Positions 21,334-32,561 of a stretch of 42,750 bases of DNA are shown in pieces; positions within the stretch are counted from its first letter, which is position 1, and each line of letters opens with the position of its first letter. The position numbers and the translations under genes were made by a program. The DNA is from Nemertoderma westbladi (taxonomy: Eukaryota; Animalia; Xenacoelomorpha), in the NCBI GenBank assembly GCA_032718475.1, contig JAUCBJ010003577.1, positions 1-42,750 of the forward strand. Direction: 5' to 3'. The notes below the pieces were generated by a model. That model had not been told where the DNA came from. It was given only the letters and a program-made list of their open reading frames with translations, and did not search any database.

Positions 21334-22249
21334 GGGGGGGGGGGGGGGGGGGGGGGTACCCCCCCTTAATACCCTATATTTTCATGGCCGTTACTACTAC
21401 TTTGAATGAAACTATGTATATTTTGTGGGGTTCGAGCAACCACAGGGAGGTCAAATAATGATCATAAACAAAATATTTGTAATTTTACGTCGCCCTCTAG
21501 CGGGCAGGTGCGCAAATGCAAAATTCACTTAAAACGCTACTCTACCGTCAGTTTTGGTCCAAATTTGGTGAAATTAACACTATTTTCCTCAGGACGGTTC
21601 TGCACATGAAACATACTTGGCAGAAAATAAAATTTCGATTTAATTTTCATTTTATAATTATAAATATTATTTTTCACTTAAAAATATGGGTTTTATCATG
21701 AAAAATGCCACATTGGAGCAGTTAGGAATAAAAATTAAAAAATGTGGCAAGTATGTTTTATTACTGACAGATGCAGCACCAATGTATAAAAAAATTATGA
21801 AAATTGGATCAAAAATGGCGGAGGAGTAGTATTTTGAAAAATGGAAATATCGTGAAATGTAATTCCGAGATAATTTGCTTTAAAATTTGAACCTTCCCGC
21901 TCAAACCTGACTGTCTGTAGTCTGTTAACGGTCAGTAATGTTTGACACTATGTCGTCATACCAACTCACTAAAATTATCAATATGGGGGTTTTCGGGGTC
22001 GATGATTTCATTTCTGATGTCAGTTTTAATGTTTGGTGGTATCTAATATGTCTGTCTGACAGCATGTCTGTCTGTCTGTCTCCTAAATTTTGACGGACAA
22101 ACTGAAAGACGGAAAGACAGCGATAACTCGAGAACTAAAAAAGATCCCGCCAAACTGTTTCAAGATTTGAACTCCCCATTAAATTCTGCATCAGATGAAA
22201 TAGAAAACCCAAAATGTGAGAATTTGACCCAAGGAGGGGGTACCCCCCC
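21334..22249. mobile_element. Non-autonomous TTAA-target DNA transposon (Kolobok-like)
   Basis: TTAA|GGGG...GTACCCCCCC at left (TSD 21330-21333) and GGGGGTACCCCCCC|TTAA at right (TSD 22250-22253). Confidence 0.7.
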
Positions 22250-22611
22250 TTAAATACACAAGTCAATAATTATTAGCTATCGACTCGGTAATTATTCGAA
22301 CGAAGGAGATTTAAAGTTAAAGATATATTAAAAAATTTTATAAAAATATTCTAATAAAAATAAAAAAAAAATAAAATAAAACCATTCTTACGATACAAAC
22401 AGTAAATAGAACAACAAGCTCGTACGAAATCAAAATTACCGTGGACAGAATGAATATTTCATGTGATGGCGCGGAATTGAGTAGTTTTGTATTAATAATT
22501 AAATATAATGCAATGCAACAAATAGTTAATAAATATTTAGATCTGGTTACATAACTATCCAATAACATGTGGGCCCAATACATCTTATTTACTCGAGTCG
22601 GCTGTTAACAT

Positions 22612-24445
22612 TTACGAGTAGTATGCTTCGCACATGATCGATATAGCTCTATGAGCTCGATGGGAATAGGCCTTGTAAAAGTGGTCCCCACAGATCTTAG
22701 AGAGCCACAGATGGAAATCTTCCAGCTTCTCTCTTAGTAGAATGTACTTCGCTAAGACCTGGTAGGCTCGTGTGAATCCATTATTGGCGAGACTACCTCC
22801 GAATACTTCTCCTATTCCAGGGATGTACTTTACACTCCGATTTCCCAACTCTCGAGCCAGAATCCGTCGATGTTTCTTCGTCTTCAGGATCTTCCCTATT
22901 TTCTTTCCGTTTCCACCTCTTCTCGCGATTCCTCGACTTTCCTTACCCTGAAAGAATTGTATTGAGCATTTTGTAAAATGATTTTATTCCAAAATTGTAA
23001 CATTACTCAACGCCGCTAGTATTAACAGCGAGTTGTTATTAGCACTTTACAACTTTAAAGGACATTACAGCATTGTATTGGCCTGTATAATTAGTATTGT
23101 AGTGGGTGTTGTAATGTCCCTTGTTTATGTGGTAACCAATGACGGCGAGCTGTAAAGTTACGGCGTCATTGGTTACCACGTAAACAATAGGTGGTATTTG
23201 CCTGACAGCCAGATAGGCCTACTGCATTACCTACCGATAGGCGGGGTATAGCTATTAATAAACAGTAGGGCTTAGCTTATTATTATAACAAGGCTCCAAA
23301 CGCCACCATAAATATAAGCTAACTTATTTATATATGTCATTTTTACATTTATTTATACAGCAACTAATATAACTTGTGCATTTTCTACTACTTATAATAT
23401 ATATACAATCATGTCGTAATGTTACAATTTTGTAATAAAACTACATACAAACTTGTCTTTTTGCAAAGTCATTTGTTCCAAAATTGTAACATTACTCAAC
23501 GCCGTTAGTATTAACAGCGAGTTGTTATTTAGCAATTTACAACTTTTGAGGAAATTACAGCATTCTATTGGCCTGTACATTTAGTATTGTATTTGGTGTT
23601 ATCCGTTAAGTAATGTCCCCTTAGTGGACATTGCTTAACGCCGTCATTGGTTACTACGTAAATAATAGGTAGAAATTTGCCTGACAGCCAGATAGGCCTA
23701 CTGCATTACCTACAGGTAGGCGGGGTATATCTATTAATAACCAGTTGGCCTAGCTATATTATTATAACATGACTCCACACGCCACCATAAATATAAGCTA
23801 ACATATTTATAACATAATTTATGTCACTTTTACATTTATTTATACAGCAAATAATTTAATTTGTCCAGTTTCTATCACTTATAATATATATACAATCATT
23901 TCGTAATGTTAAAATTTTGGAATAAAACTTCATACATACTTGTTGCAAAGTACTTTACAGTGTTCTGATCCTCGTGGCTTTATTTTCACTCACTCACTCA
24001 CTAACGTTCGTTCGTGTAACAAAGCCACTCGGATCATCACACTGTAAAGTGCTACTTTACACACAAGTACTGTATGTAAATAGTTATTACGATTTTTAAT
24101 GAGAACCGAGTCACGAAAGTAAACTAAAAAAGTAAAGTTATCTTTGTACATTATTTCAGGGAAAACGCACAAAGAATCAATTATTTCCCTTGCGATTCCC
24201 CCAGAACTACTGTATTCTGCCTAGAAGAAACTTACTCTTTTAGCGATCGTTTAAGGATGCAAGGCGCATAGATGAAACCGGGTTAACTTGAACCCAATTA
24301 TGGGCTAAACGACAAGGATGTGACAGAGAAATATATCCCAACATAGATTATATTGTATTAAAATAAATAAACAAACCTTCCCTTTCATCCCATTCCCTCT
24401 ACGACTCCTTGACCTGCTTCTATTCCCTTTCTTCTTCGCAGCCAT
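22612..24445 (-). CDS. Two-exon protamine-like-tail/BAF-domain fusion protein, 134 aa; join(complement 24377-24445, 22612-22947)
   Basis: Exon 1 MAAKKKGNRSRSRSRRGNGMKGK ends AAG|GTTTGT. Acceptor TTCTTTCAG|GGT at 22948, phase 0. Exon 2 reads GKESRGIARRGGNGKKIGKILKTKKHRRILARELGNRSVKYIPGIGEVFGGSLANNGFTRAYQVLAKYILLREKLEDFHLWLSKICG...MCEAYYS. It aligns ungapped to BAF hallmarks KHR, GIGEV (HhH), GF.xAY.VL and F..WL...CG. Confidence 0.88.
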
Positions 24446-24764
24446 TTCGTTCCAACACGGATACAGTAGGCCTACCTGTTATTATTATCTATCCTATTTA
24501 ATTTAAATTGTGTTACAAATTTAATAGAGCGATTCGTGTATGACAACTTTTTTCAATGTTTGTTATTTATATATGAAGACTAAATTCTAGAATTAGTTAA
24601 CCCACCGATTAAATTATATTATAGGTGGTTGATTGGATGTAATAAACTAACGGCGTATTAATTCTGTTAACGGTATTCAGAATCCCCCCCCCCCCCCCCC
24701 CCTGCCTAACATGTCCAGAAATTACATTGTACTCATTCTATTGTCTTAATTTGGAACAAGTCTC
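22978..24764. repeat. Segmental duplicate (copy 2) of 1-6912, without the TE insertions
   Basis: Direct sequence match. Homology ends at GAACAAGTCTC, where the BEL/Pao element starts. Confidence 0.95.
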
Positions 24765-26258
24765 ATTGTAAAAGCTTTTGTGGGATAACTGATTCGTTTG
24801 CTTTGCTAACCAGTTCCCCCCAGGGCGCTGGAATACTCTAAAAGGGATCTCTAGCTCGAATAGCGCAAGCTACCGGCTGATTGGCTGATTTGCTGTGCGA
24901 AGGGATCTGGGCTACGTTTGATTGTCCAACCAGCTTGGGAAAGTTGCCCCACAGCCCTGCTTTCTGTATCTGCCAATAAGATTTGAGTTGATTTTGATTT
25001 CGACCTATCACAGATCTACTGAACTGAATTTTCCTATCTGTATGCTCTTTCTCTGTGGTGGGTGGAAGCCTTTGTAAATAAGGTTATTCTTATCAGTGTT
25101 CAGTGTTCTTGGTCTTTCTGTCCTGAGCCAGGAGAGAACGGCTTGGAAATATTTTGTGCTTTTCTGTTTTAGTCTAACACTAGTAGGCTTAATTATAAGG
25201 ACATATATCCGTTATCAATCCAAACTAACAAACTGATGTTTGGTCTTTCTTGCATACTTTTATATTGTTATACTGCTATTTACTGTCAGTTCTTCATAAC
25301 ATGGTTGATGAATTATTATATTTGGAATAACGATAAATAACCCCGAAACCCAATATTCTTGATATACCGAAGGTAAGAGAGAAAGGTTACATATAACGAT
25401 TGTGACTTATGTTAAAGTGGTTTGAAGTGAATCTAATGTTATTTGATAGACCCTACATGATTCGGTCCGTGTTCCTTTTATATGTGACTAAAATCAGTGA
25501 AGATCGGCAGATTAGTGTGCAGTATTGTGCAGCATTGTGTATGAGTGAGACTGATAACGAAGCATTTCCTAAAGAATGCGCCATATATGTGAATTATAAC
25601 TAAGCCATATCGTTGTGAGTAGTTTAAGTCATAACTCTGTTTATATAGATAGAGCGCCACGTCCTAAAGGAACTGTTAATATTTCCCGAAGGTGAATAAT
25701 ATTGTCAGAGATTATATAATACTGTCAGTCGAATAATACATTAGGCCTACATAGCAATACGATTAAGCCGTCGAACCCAATCTCCCGGGTATATCCAGCG
25801 GGTGAATGATCGCGCACAGATTGGTTTCGACTAGTGTAGTGAATCAAATACTTGTCATAGGCTAAAAGCGAATTATTATCTAGAAGACATCCTAATTTGG
25901 CGGGTTAAACTGCCAAAGGTCTGAAAGCGAGAACAATAACGGATATTGCTTCTGTATTGCAGTAGGCAATAAAGTTGAAAGTACCGGTCAACCGGTACAT
26001 CTGTAGGTCAGTAGGCCCAACTGCCAGAACCGGTACCCAGTAGGCCTGACTACCTAACCACCCGGACCGGTACCTACAGCAGTACAGGTACAGCAGTATT
26101 ATTCGATTTTGATTATTATATACCAGTAGGTCTTAATAATTAATCGGGGACGCCTGGTTTTTATTGGGATTTTACTTAGGCCTATTTCTGTCAGTTTTGT
26201 TTATTTGTAGGTCAATATTGAACAGAAGGCGTGTAAGCCTGATCAGATTGTACAGACA

Positions 26259-26830
26259 ATTTGTAGGTTGAACTGTTGTCTGATTGCTGTTAAGTCTGAA
26301 CGGATTGCAGTGTATGTAGATCACCTGTCCGATAAAGAACGGTTAGGAAGTAGGGGCAGCAAAAGCTGTAAGGTAAACCCCCAACTAAAGAATAAGTCGT
26401 ACTACTGGGTTAGAACGCATACTACCTAATCATTTCGGAGTCTGCATGTCCTGTAGTTTATTTAGGCTTGAGAGTAGTCTGCCATCGTTGAGTCTGTACT
26501 TTGTTTGTGTAAGTCTGTACGGGTAGCGTATAATATTTATTTAGATAATTTGTAGGCTGGATAGTTGTCTGGCTTTTGTTAGGTCTGAACGGATTTCGGT
26601 GTGTGTAAAGCATCTGTCCGATAAAGAACGGTTAGGAAGTAGGGGCAGCCAATGCTGTAAGGTAAACCCCCAACTAAAGAATAAGTCGTACTACTGGGTT
26701 AGAACGCATACTACCTAATCATTTCGGAGTCTGCATATACCGTAGTTTATTTAGGCTTGATAGTAGTCTGTCAGTGTTTGGTCTGCATTTTGTTTGAGTG
26801 GTTTGTACGCGTAGCGTAATATTTATTATT
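26259..26830 (+). repeat. ~290-bp two-copy tandem repeat in the BEL leader
   Basis: CTGTCCGATAAAGAACGGTTAGGAAGTAGGGGCAGC... occurs at ~26325 and ~26614. Confidence 0.9.
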
Positions 26831-27764
26831 CAGAGTTTATGCGATTATCCGCAACATTCATTCCCCAAGTTTGTTCCTACAGTAATTGTGTTTGTTATAC
26901 ATACCGCTATAGTTAAATTAACCCCGGTACTACACGGGCTGCTTGGCGTAGGTAAAGACTGGTGATTTTGTGCATCGGTCACTCCAGCAGATGCCGTGGT
27001 TCTTTTAGCTGTTCAAGTATATTTAACTACTGATTATCTGTTGTACAAGTACTCGTACCTAATTTAGGGTTTAGTGTACAGTGCTTTCCGAAAGTAATTA
27101 GTGTAGGCATTATATTTGTGTTGTAAAGTGGTTGATAGGCACGTTCGATTAGCTCTATTAACTTCTAGGTAGGAACACTCCGTGATACATAACGTAGTAC
27201 CTATAGCGACACGGCTATAGGTCGTCAGGCGGTGGTATTTTCCTATCTGGACAACGCAGTGTATTTACTAATACGTATTATTTTCAAATACCGCAGTACC
27301 CTGTCCGTTGTAATAACCAGAATTCTAACCCTTTGTTAGGCTGGTTTGTAGACTTCTTGTAAAATTACCCTGAAAATTTGTATTTTGTGTTTTTGTAAAT
27401 TTTTGTGTTTATTTAGAGATTGTAATCTCACCCGAATTGTACGTAATTTGTAGTATTAAGTAACTTAGGTAAATTAGCATTATTTGTTTTAGTGTCCTAT
27501 AAGTAACACTTCACTGAAAGCGTACCGCTTTGTGTAGTGATTAACCCCCAGAAATAATAACATTTATTTCAAACATTGACAAAACCCATTAAACGGGTAT
27601 ATATATATATTATAAATCAACTCAAACGATTTATAAATAGTAGGCCTGCCATATAACAATTAGGTCTCAATATCAGTTGGACTACTGCTTAAATAACGGC
27701 AATAAAGTAAGTTAAAGTAACCCAGTAACCCTTAAAATTCAGAAATTCAGTTATTTAAAATAAT

Positions 27765-28150
27765 TGATATACCGGTATTTACAATAGGCTTATTATATTT
27801 ATTTCTATAAATTTTGGGTTGAAATCATACCGGTATTCTGTAATTAATTCTAGTTTGTAATTATACTTATATATATACACTATAAGTGTAAACTGCATAC
27901 CGGTATTTACGATAGGCCTATTATCTTTATTTCTATAAATTTAGGCTGAAATTATACCGGTACTTGTAATTAATTCTAGTCCAGAATTATATATACTACA
28001 AACTGTAAGCTGTATACCGGTATTCCCGATAGGCCTATTATATATTTATATATATTTGTGCTAAAATTATACCGGTATTCTGTGATAAACCTAGTCTGTA
28101 ATAATACTTATATAGTTATATATACTATAAGCATACCGGTATTATAATAT
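27765..28150. repeat. AT-rich ~60-bp degenerate tandem repeat with ATACCGGTA palindromic cores
   Basis: About seven ATACCGGTA(T) cores at roughly 60-bp spacing, immediately upstream of gag. Confidence 0.75.
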
Positions 28151-28277
28151 ATTATATATATCACGCTACACTGAGTAGCAGTATCGGTAATTAATTACTA
28201 GGCTAGCAGTTAACTCTGAATTACTAGACTTGCTTAAACTGTAATATAGCAGTAGGCATTCAACTGTGCAAACCAAC

Positions 28278-31200
28278 ATGTCTGATACTAAACAGAACCT
28301 GTCAGACAGTTTATTAGATGTAACTATCTGCGACTCAGACAGAGGTGTAGAACCGTCTAGTCCTAAGTTCAGTTCACCTCCCACTGTGAGGAAGGTCATC
28401 CCTCCTGTAGTAATAACAGAACCTAGGCTGGTCCAACATCGTAGGTCTATCATAGGCACTCGAGCTCAGGTCAAGCGGGACCAAGAAGCAGCGGAACAGC
28501 AACAACCCGCGAGCCAAGAACTTATTTCTCAGCGGCCCAACAGCTCCAGTAGTGAAGATACGGTAGAACTGATACCCGAACGCGGAGCAAGGATGACGGA
28601 TGAGGCTTATTCAGATCCCCTTCTCATCCTTCCTGCAGCCGTACTCACTAGGTTATTGATCGCTGTGGAAGAACACCAGATCGATTGGGCGAGAAGCCAG
28701 CGTTCAACTAGAGATAGTTATGCTGGATACACAAGGGAAGAACTGAAGTCCACGGTCGAGTCGCAATGGAACTTCCCCGGACCCGGACTCCCGTTTGATT
28801 TATCAGAAGCTGCCTGGGAAGACATACACCGGATGGGAGTAGCCAAGGAAACCATCGATCCAGCTGTGTGGAAGAGGTCCGCAGCCGGATACGCACAGGG
28901 ATTCTTCAGCTCTATGGAGAGAGTAGAAAAACAACTGTTACAACAACCTCAAGGACCTCAAGAGCAGGGAAAGCTGCTTTATCAAGTTAGAGAAAGAATT
29001 CTGCGAATTAGGCTAATATTATCAGCCTTTGAAGAGGCTTCTAAAAGAAGACAAGACACGTCGTTGCAAGTTGCCGTAAAGACTTGGTTTCAACGGGTGA
29101 GTCGCCAAGTTCAAGGAACAGCTCAGTGGAAAGCTCAGCTGGAGGAGCGCTCAACCCATGGAGAATCAACAGACGCTACTTATTCCCAAGTGGAAAGTGA
29201 AGCGACGGCAGAGAAACCGCATAAGAGGGATGCCATTGACATCTATCTGTCAGACTATCAACGTTTTTTAGGTGATGACGAGTTGAGGAGAAGGTTAGAG
29301 GGACTTAGCCCTAATAGTGAAGGAACCAAGCTTGTGTTGGATGCCATCGATGTGGAAATGAGAGCTGCGAATCAGGCTAAATTCGATGAACAACTCCGCA
29401 TCGCTAGAGACCAAGAGGAAAGGGTTAAGAAAAAACGTATAGAAGACAGAAAGGCAGCGGCAGTAGCAGCAGCAGTGGCATCGGCAGAAGCGGAAAGAAA
29501 GGCGGCAGCGGCAGAGGCAGAAGCGGGAAGAAAGGCGGCAGCGGCAGAGGCCGAAGCGGAAAGAAAGGCGGCAGCGGCAGAGGCCGAAGCGGAAAGAAAG
29601 GCGGCAGCGGCAGAGGCCGAAGTGGAAAGAAAAGTGGCAGAGGCAGTAGCAGAAGCAGAACGGAGAGCGACTGAAGAAATCACCCAGTTAGAATTGGAAA
29701 ACATTCAGGAGAATCAAGACTGCATAAATAAACAGTTAACAGCTAGCAATATGCAGATGATGAATCGATCTACTCCCAAAAGACAGGGATATACATCATC
29801 TGAGGAAGGCGATACCACCGATACTGAAGGCAAAGGAAATAGATCTCGTCTAAGCAGACGTAAAAGAACATTCCACCGTCAGAAATTGCCTGATTTGCCT
29901 CCAGCTGTTAGAAGGCAACTAAATAACACCAACTTAGGTAGTACAGAGCCCACAGACCAAATAATTAAATTAGAAAGACTCCCTACTATAGTAGATGAGC
30001 CTGAAATAATTAGGCCTGTTTTTGAAATCACCCCTTCGGTGATAGACACACCTGTGCTCCCTGAAGCTACCTCTAAATTCCCTCTGCATAGCACTAAGCT
30101 ACCTGTGCCCAGTAGAACTGCCCAGGAGACAGTTCAAGTCCTGGACCCCGAGCGAAATATTCCTGATTTGTCGCCCGTTGTCCCTCGTCCGCCCGCTACA
30201 ACGTTGGCGACTCCCGCTTCGGCGGTCGAATGGGTGGACGAGAGACGGCGGGGGATGGATCTCCTGCTCGGGCAGATGCGGGAGACGGTTCAGCAATTCA
30301 AGGGCACAGTAAGGGAAAGTAGGCTAGAGTTGCAAGAAGTGCAGCAAAGTATCGCGCTAGAACGCGATAAATTAGTAAATACACAAAGGGGTATACCACC
30401 ACCCCCTGTAACAATGTGTCAACCTGTTAGGTCTGAAGTATCTCATGCGCAAGGTGTGGAGCCTACACGCATCTATACTGCTAGCGAAGTAGAAACTCCT
30501 ATAGTGAACCCTATTAAGGGTAATTATAGACCTGTTGATAATGACATTCCCTATAGACCTGATCATAATCCGAGAAATTTATATACCGATAACTCGATAT
30601 TAAATAACACGATGGCCCAAGAAAGTTTTACGCGTCAAATGGCTAGAACCGAAGCCCGGCAAGCAGTAAAGGTGGGAGAGATCGTCAAGTTCAATGGAGA
30701 TGAGATGAAATGGTTACCTTTTAATGAATATTACAAAGATAACATACAGAACTCTGTACTATCTAATGGAGAAAAACTTAGATACCTCATCGAGTGCTTG
30801 GAAGGATCTCCCAAGTTAATGGCGTTAAAGTTTATTGGACATCCAGACGGATTAAGACAAGTTTGGGATACACTAAACATCAGGTATGGTAATAGGAATA
30901 ACATCGCTGGGTATTTGTATGCAAAGTTAGTAGCGCCCCGAAAGTTTATTAGCAGCGGGATTATCGAGTTTTCCGATGAAATCCAGGAGATCTGCAGACA
31001 ATTAGATTGGCTAGGTAAGTCTCATGAGTATCAGAACACTATGGTTATTAGAGCAGTGGCTTGTACTTTACCGAAAGGTGGAGTAGGTACACGCTGGGAT
31101 AAGAAAGTGTTATATATGATGGAACAACAACGACGAGACCCTACCATGGCTGATCTCATGTTATTCCTAGATGGAGAAGTGAAATTACAGCTCCTGAAAC

Positions 31201-32561
31201 TGTCCAGAGAGAAGACACCGGAAAACAAGGTAAGTGAAAAACCCGTCTCTAGGAGAAAGGTAACACCAGTGTGTTATACAGACGACGGCGAAAGCCAGAC
31301 TTCTCAAGGAGAAGATAGCGGGAAAGACCCTGATAGATCTTATTATGTCAATAAAATGCCTAAAGATCAGGTAAGTAAATTCAAGTCTCGAACAAATGAC
31401 AGGAGAGAACAGGTAAGAAAAACTCCTCCCACGTCTCCCAAGAGAATTCAGGTGAGAAAGCCCGAAGAAAAGGCAAGTGTACACAATGTGACTCAGATCA
31501 AGGTAAGTAACATCAAACCGAAATGTGCGCTGTGTGACGGGACCCACCATTTGAGAATGTGTGATGAATTTCTAAAGAAATCATTAACTGAGAGACGTGA
31601 AGTCATGTGGGACAAGCGGTTATGTTATAATTGCCTCAGACAAGGACACCAACGGCGAACCTGTTACTCTGACACAAGATGTGCCAAGTGCGGTGCGAAA
31701 CATCATATCTTGTTGCACGCGGAATTCGAGAGAAATAGTCCGAGTCAGGTAAGTGATTCCGAACTACATGTCCAATTCAGTGATGTGAACGACACTGATC
31801 AATCTGAGATGGAAGGATTCTATACGGACGAGTTCTCCGACGAAAACGAATCCTGTTACATGATAAATACCACAGTGTATCGAGCACTTATTTATGAAAA
31901 GGATACATCAGACATTGACCTTGCTTTAAATACTTCTGATCGACAACTTTCTTGGAAAGCGCCAACTTCCAATGTAGGGATTAGAGAATTTCCTGTGGTA
32001 CAGGTAAGGGTTCACGGACCTAAGAGGAGTTACGTAGTGAACGCCCTCCTTGACTCCGGTAGTACAGGAACATTCATCGACCAAGAGCTAGCCGAAGACA
32101 TATTTGCTGGACAACCCAAGTTCCGAACTACGCTAAACATGTCAGGCATTATGCAAGTTTGGAAATCTACAATAACAGCGGATTATTATGTAGGAGCGTT
32201 GTCCACCCCCCAGGACGAACTAGGAGAACATAGCATAAGGTCAGTGAAAATGGTGGCTATAAAGAACTTCGCTACTACTCAAGCAGACCTTTATAATTGG
32301 GACGAGGATGAGAGCATCCAACATCTTAAGATACCTCGATTCCAGACTGATTATCCTGGAGTGCAAATACTCATCGGCCAAAACGCGCATGAGGCGCTGG
32401 AGACATTAGAGAAACGGCCTGCTCAACCGCAGCCGCTACAGACCTATGCGGTAAGAACTAGAGTAGGTTGGTACTTTACTGGCCCTTCCCGTAGAACACT
32501 CAGAGAAAGACTACCGCCAGAGAGCGTCTGCCAGGTACCCAAGGAGGTGAGGTCTCTATAG
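28278..32561 (+). CDS. gag: BEL/Pao Gag + aspartic protease
   Basis: First ATG at 28278 (MSDT). FNGD..KW...EKLRYL block, three Cys/His knuckles (CALC..HHLRMC, CYNC..GH...C, CAKC..HH..LH) and protease LLDSGS. Contains an (AAAEAEAERK)n repeat. Confidence 0.92.
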   Translation: MSDTKQNLSDSLLDVTICDSDRGVEPSSPKFSSPPTVRKVIPPVVITEPRLVQHRRSIIGTRAQVKRDQEAAEQQQPASQELISQRPNSSSSEDTVELIPERGARMTDEAYSDPLLILPAAVLTRLLIAVEEHQIDWARSQRSTRDSYAGYTREELKSTVESQWNFPGPGLPFDLSEAAWEDIHRMGVAKETIDPAVWKRSAAGYAQGFFSSMERVEKQLLQQPQGPQEQGKLLYQVRERILRIRLILSAFEEASKRRQDTSLQVAVKTWFQRVSRQVQGTAQWKAQLEERSTHGESTDATYSQVESEATAEKPHKRDAIDIYLSDYQRFLGDDELRRRLEGLSPNSEGTKLVLDAIDVEMRAANQAKFDEQLRIARDQEERVKKKRIEDRKAAAVAAAVASAEAERKAAAAEAEAGRKAAAAEAEAERKAAAAEAEAERKAAAAEAEVERKVAEAVAEAERRATEEITQLELENIQENQDCINKQLTASNMQMMNRSTPKRQGYTSSEEGDTTDTEGKGNRSRLSRRKRTFHRQKLPDLPPAVRRQLNNTNLGSTEPTDQIIKLERLPTIVDEPEIIRPVFEITPSVIDTPVLPEATSKFPLHSTKLPVPSRTAQETVQVLDPERNIPDLSPVVPRPPATTLATPASAVEWVDERRRGMDLLLGQMRETVQQFKGTVRESRLELQEVQQSIALERDKLVNTQRGIPPPPVTMCQPVRSEVSHAQGVEPTRIYTASEVETPIVNPIKGNYRPVDNDIPYRPDHNPRNLYTDNSILNNTMAQESFTRQMARTEARQAVKVGEIVKFNGDEMKWLPFNEYYKDNIQNSVLSNGEKLRYLIECLEGSPKLMALKFIGHPDGLRQVWDTLNIRYGNRNNIAGYLYAKLVAPRKFISSGIIEFSDEIQEICRQLDWLGKSHEYQNTMVIRAVACTLPKGGVGTRWDKKVLYMMEQQRRDPTMADLMLFLDGEVKLQLLKLSREKTPENKVSEKPVSRRKVTPVCYTDDGESQTSQGEDSGKDPDRSYYVNKMPKDQVSKFKSRTNDRREQVRKTPPTSPKRIQVRKPEEKASVHNVTQIKVSNIKPKCALCDGTHHLRMCDEFLKKSLTERREVMWDKRLCYNCLRQGHQRRTCYSDTRCAKCGAKHHILLHAEFERNSPSQVSDSELHVQFSDVNDTDQSEMEGFYTDEFSDENESCYMINTTVYRALIYEKDTSDIDLALNTSDRQLSWKAPTSNVGIREFPVVQVRVHGPKRSYVVNALLDSGSTGTFIDQELAEDIFAGQPKFRTTLNMSGIMQVWKSTITADYYVGALSTPQDELGEHSIRSVKMVAIKNFATTQADLYNWDEDESIQHLKIPRFQTDYPGVQILIGQNAHEALETLEKRPAQPQPLQTYAVRTRVGWYFTGPSRRTLRERLPPESVCQVPKEVRSL

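Noticed and set aside
22612-22848. Stand-alone 78-aa BAF starting at TTG
   Set aside because: The frame is open to the acceptor at 22948 and includes the conserved KHR motif upstream. It has no ATG of its own, so it is exon 2.
22612-22947. BAF as retroelement cargo protecting against autointegration
   Set aside because: The gene lies outside all TE boundaries, has an intron and its own promoter, and the TEs are inserted into or beside it.
29372-29704. Ala/Ser-rich minus-strand ORF and other antisense ORFs over TE genes
   Set aside because: Shadows of repetitive or long coding sequence on the opposite strand.
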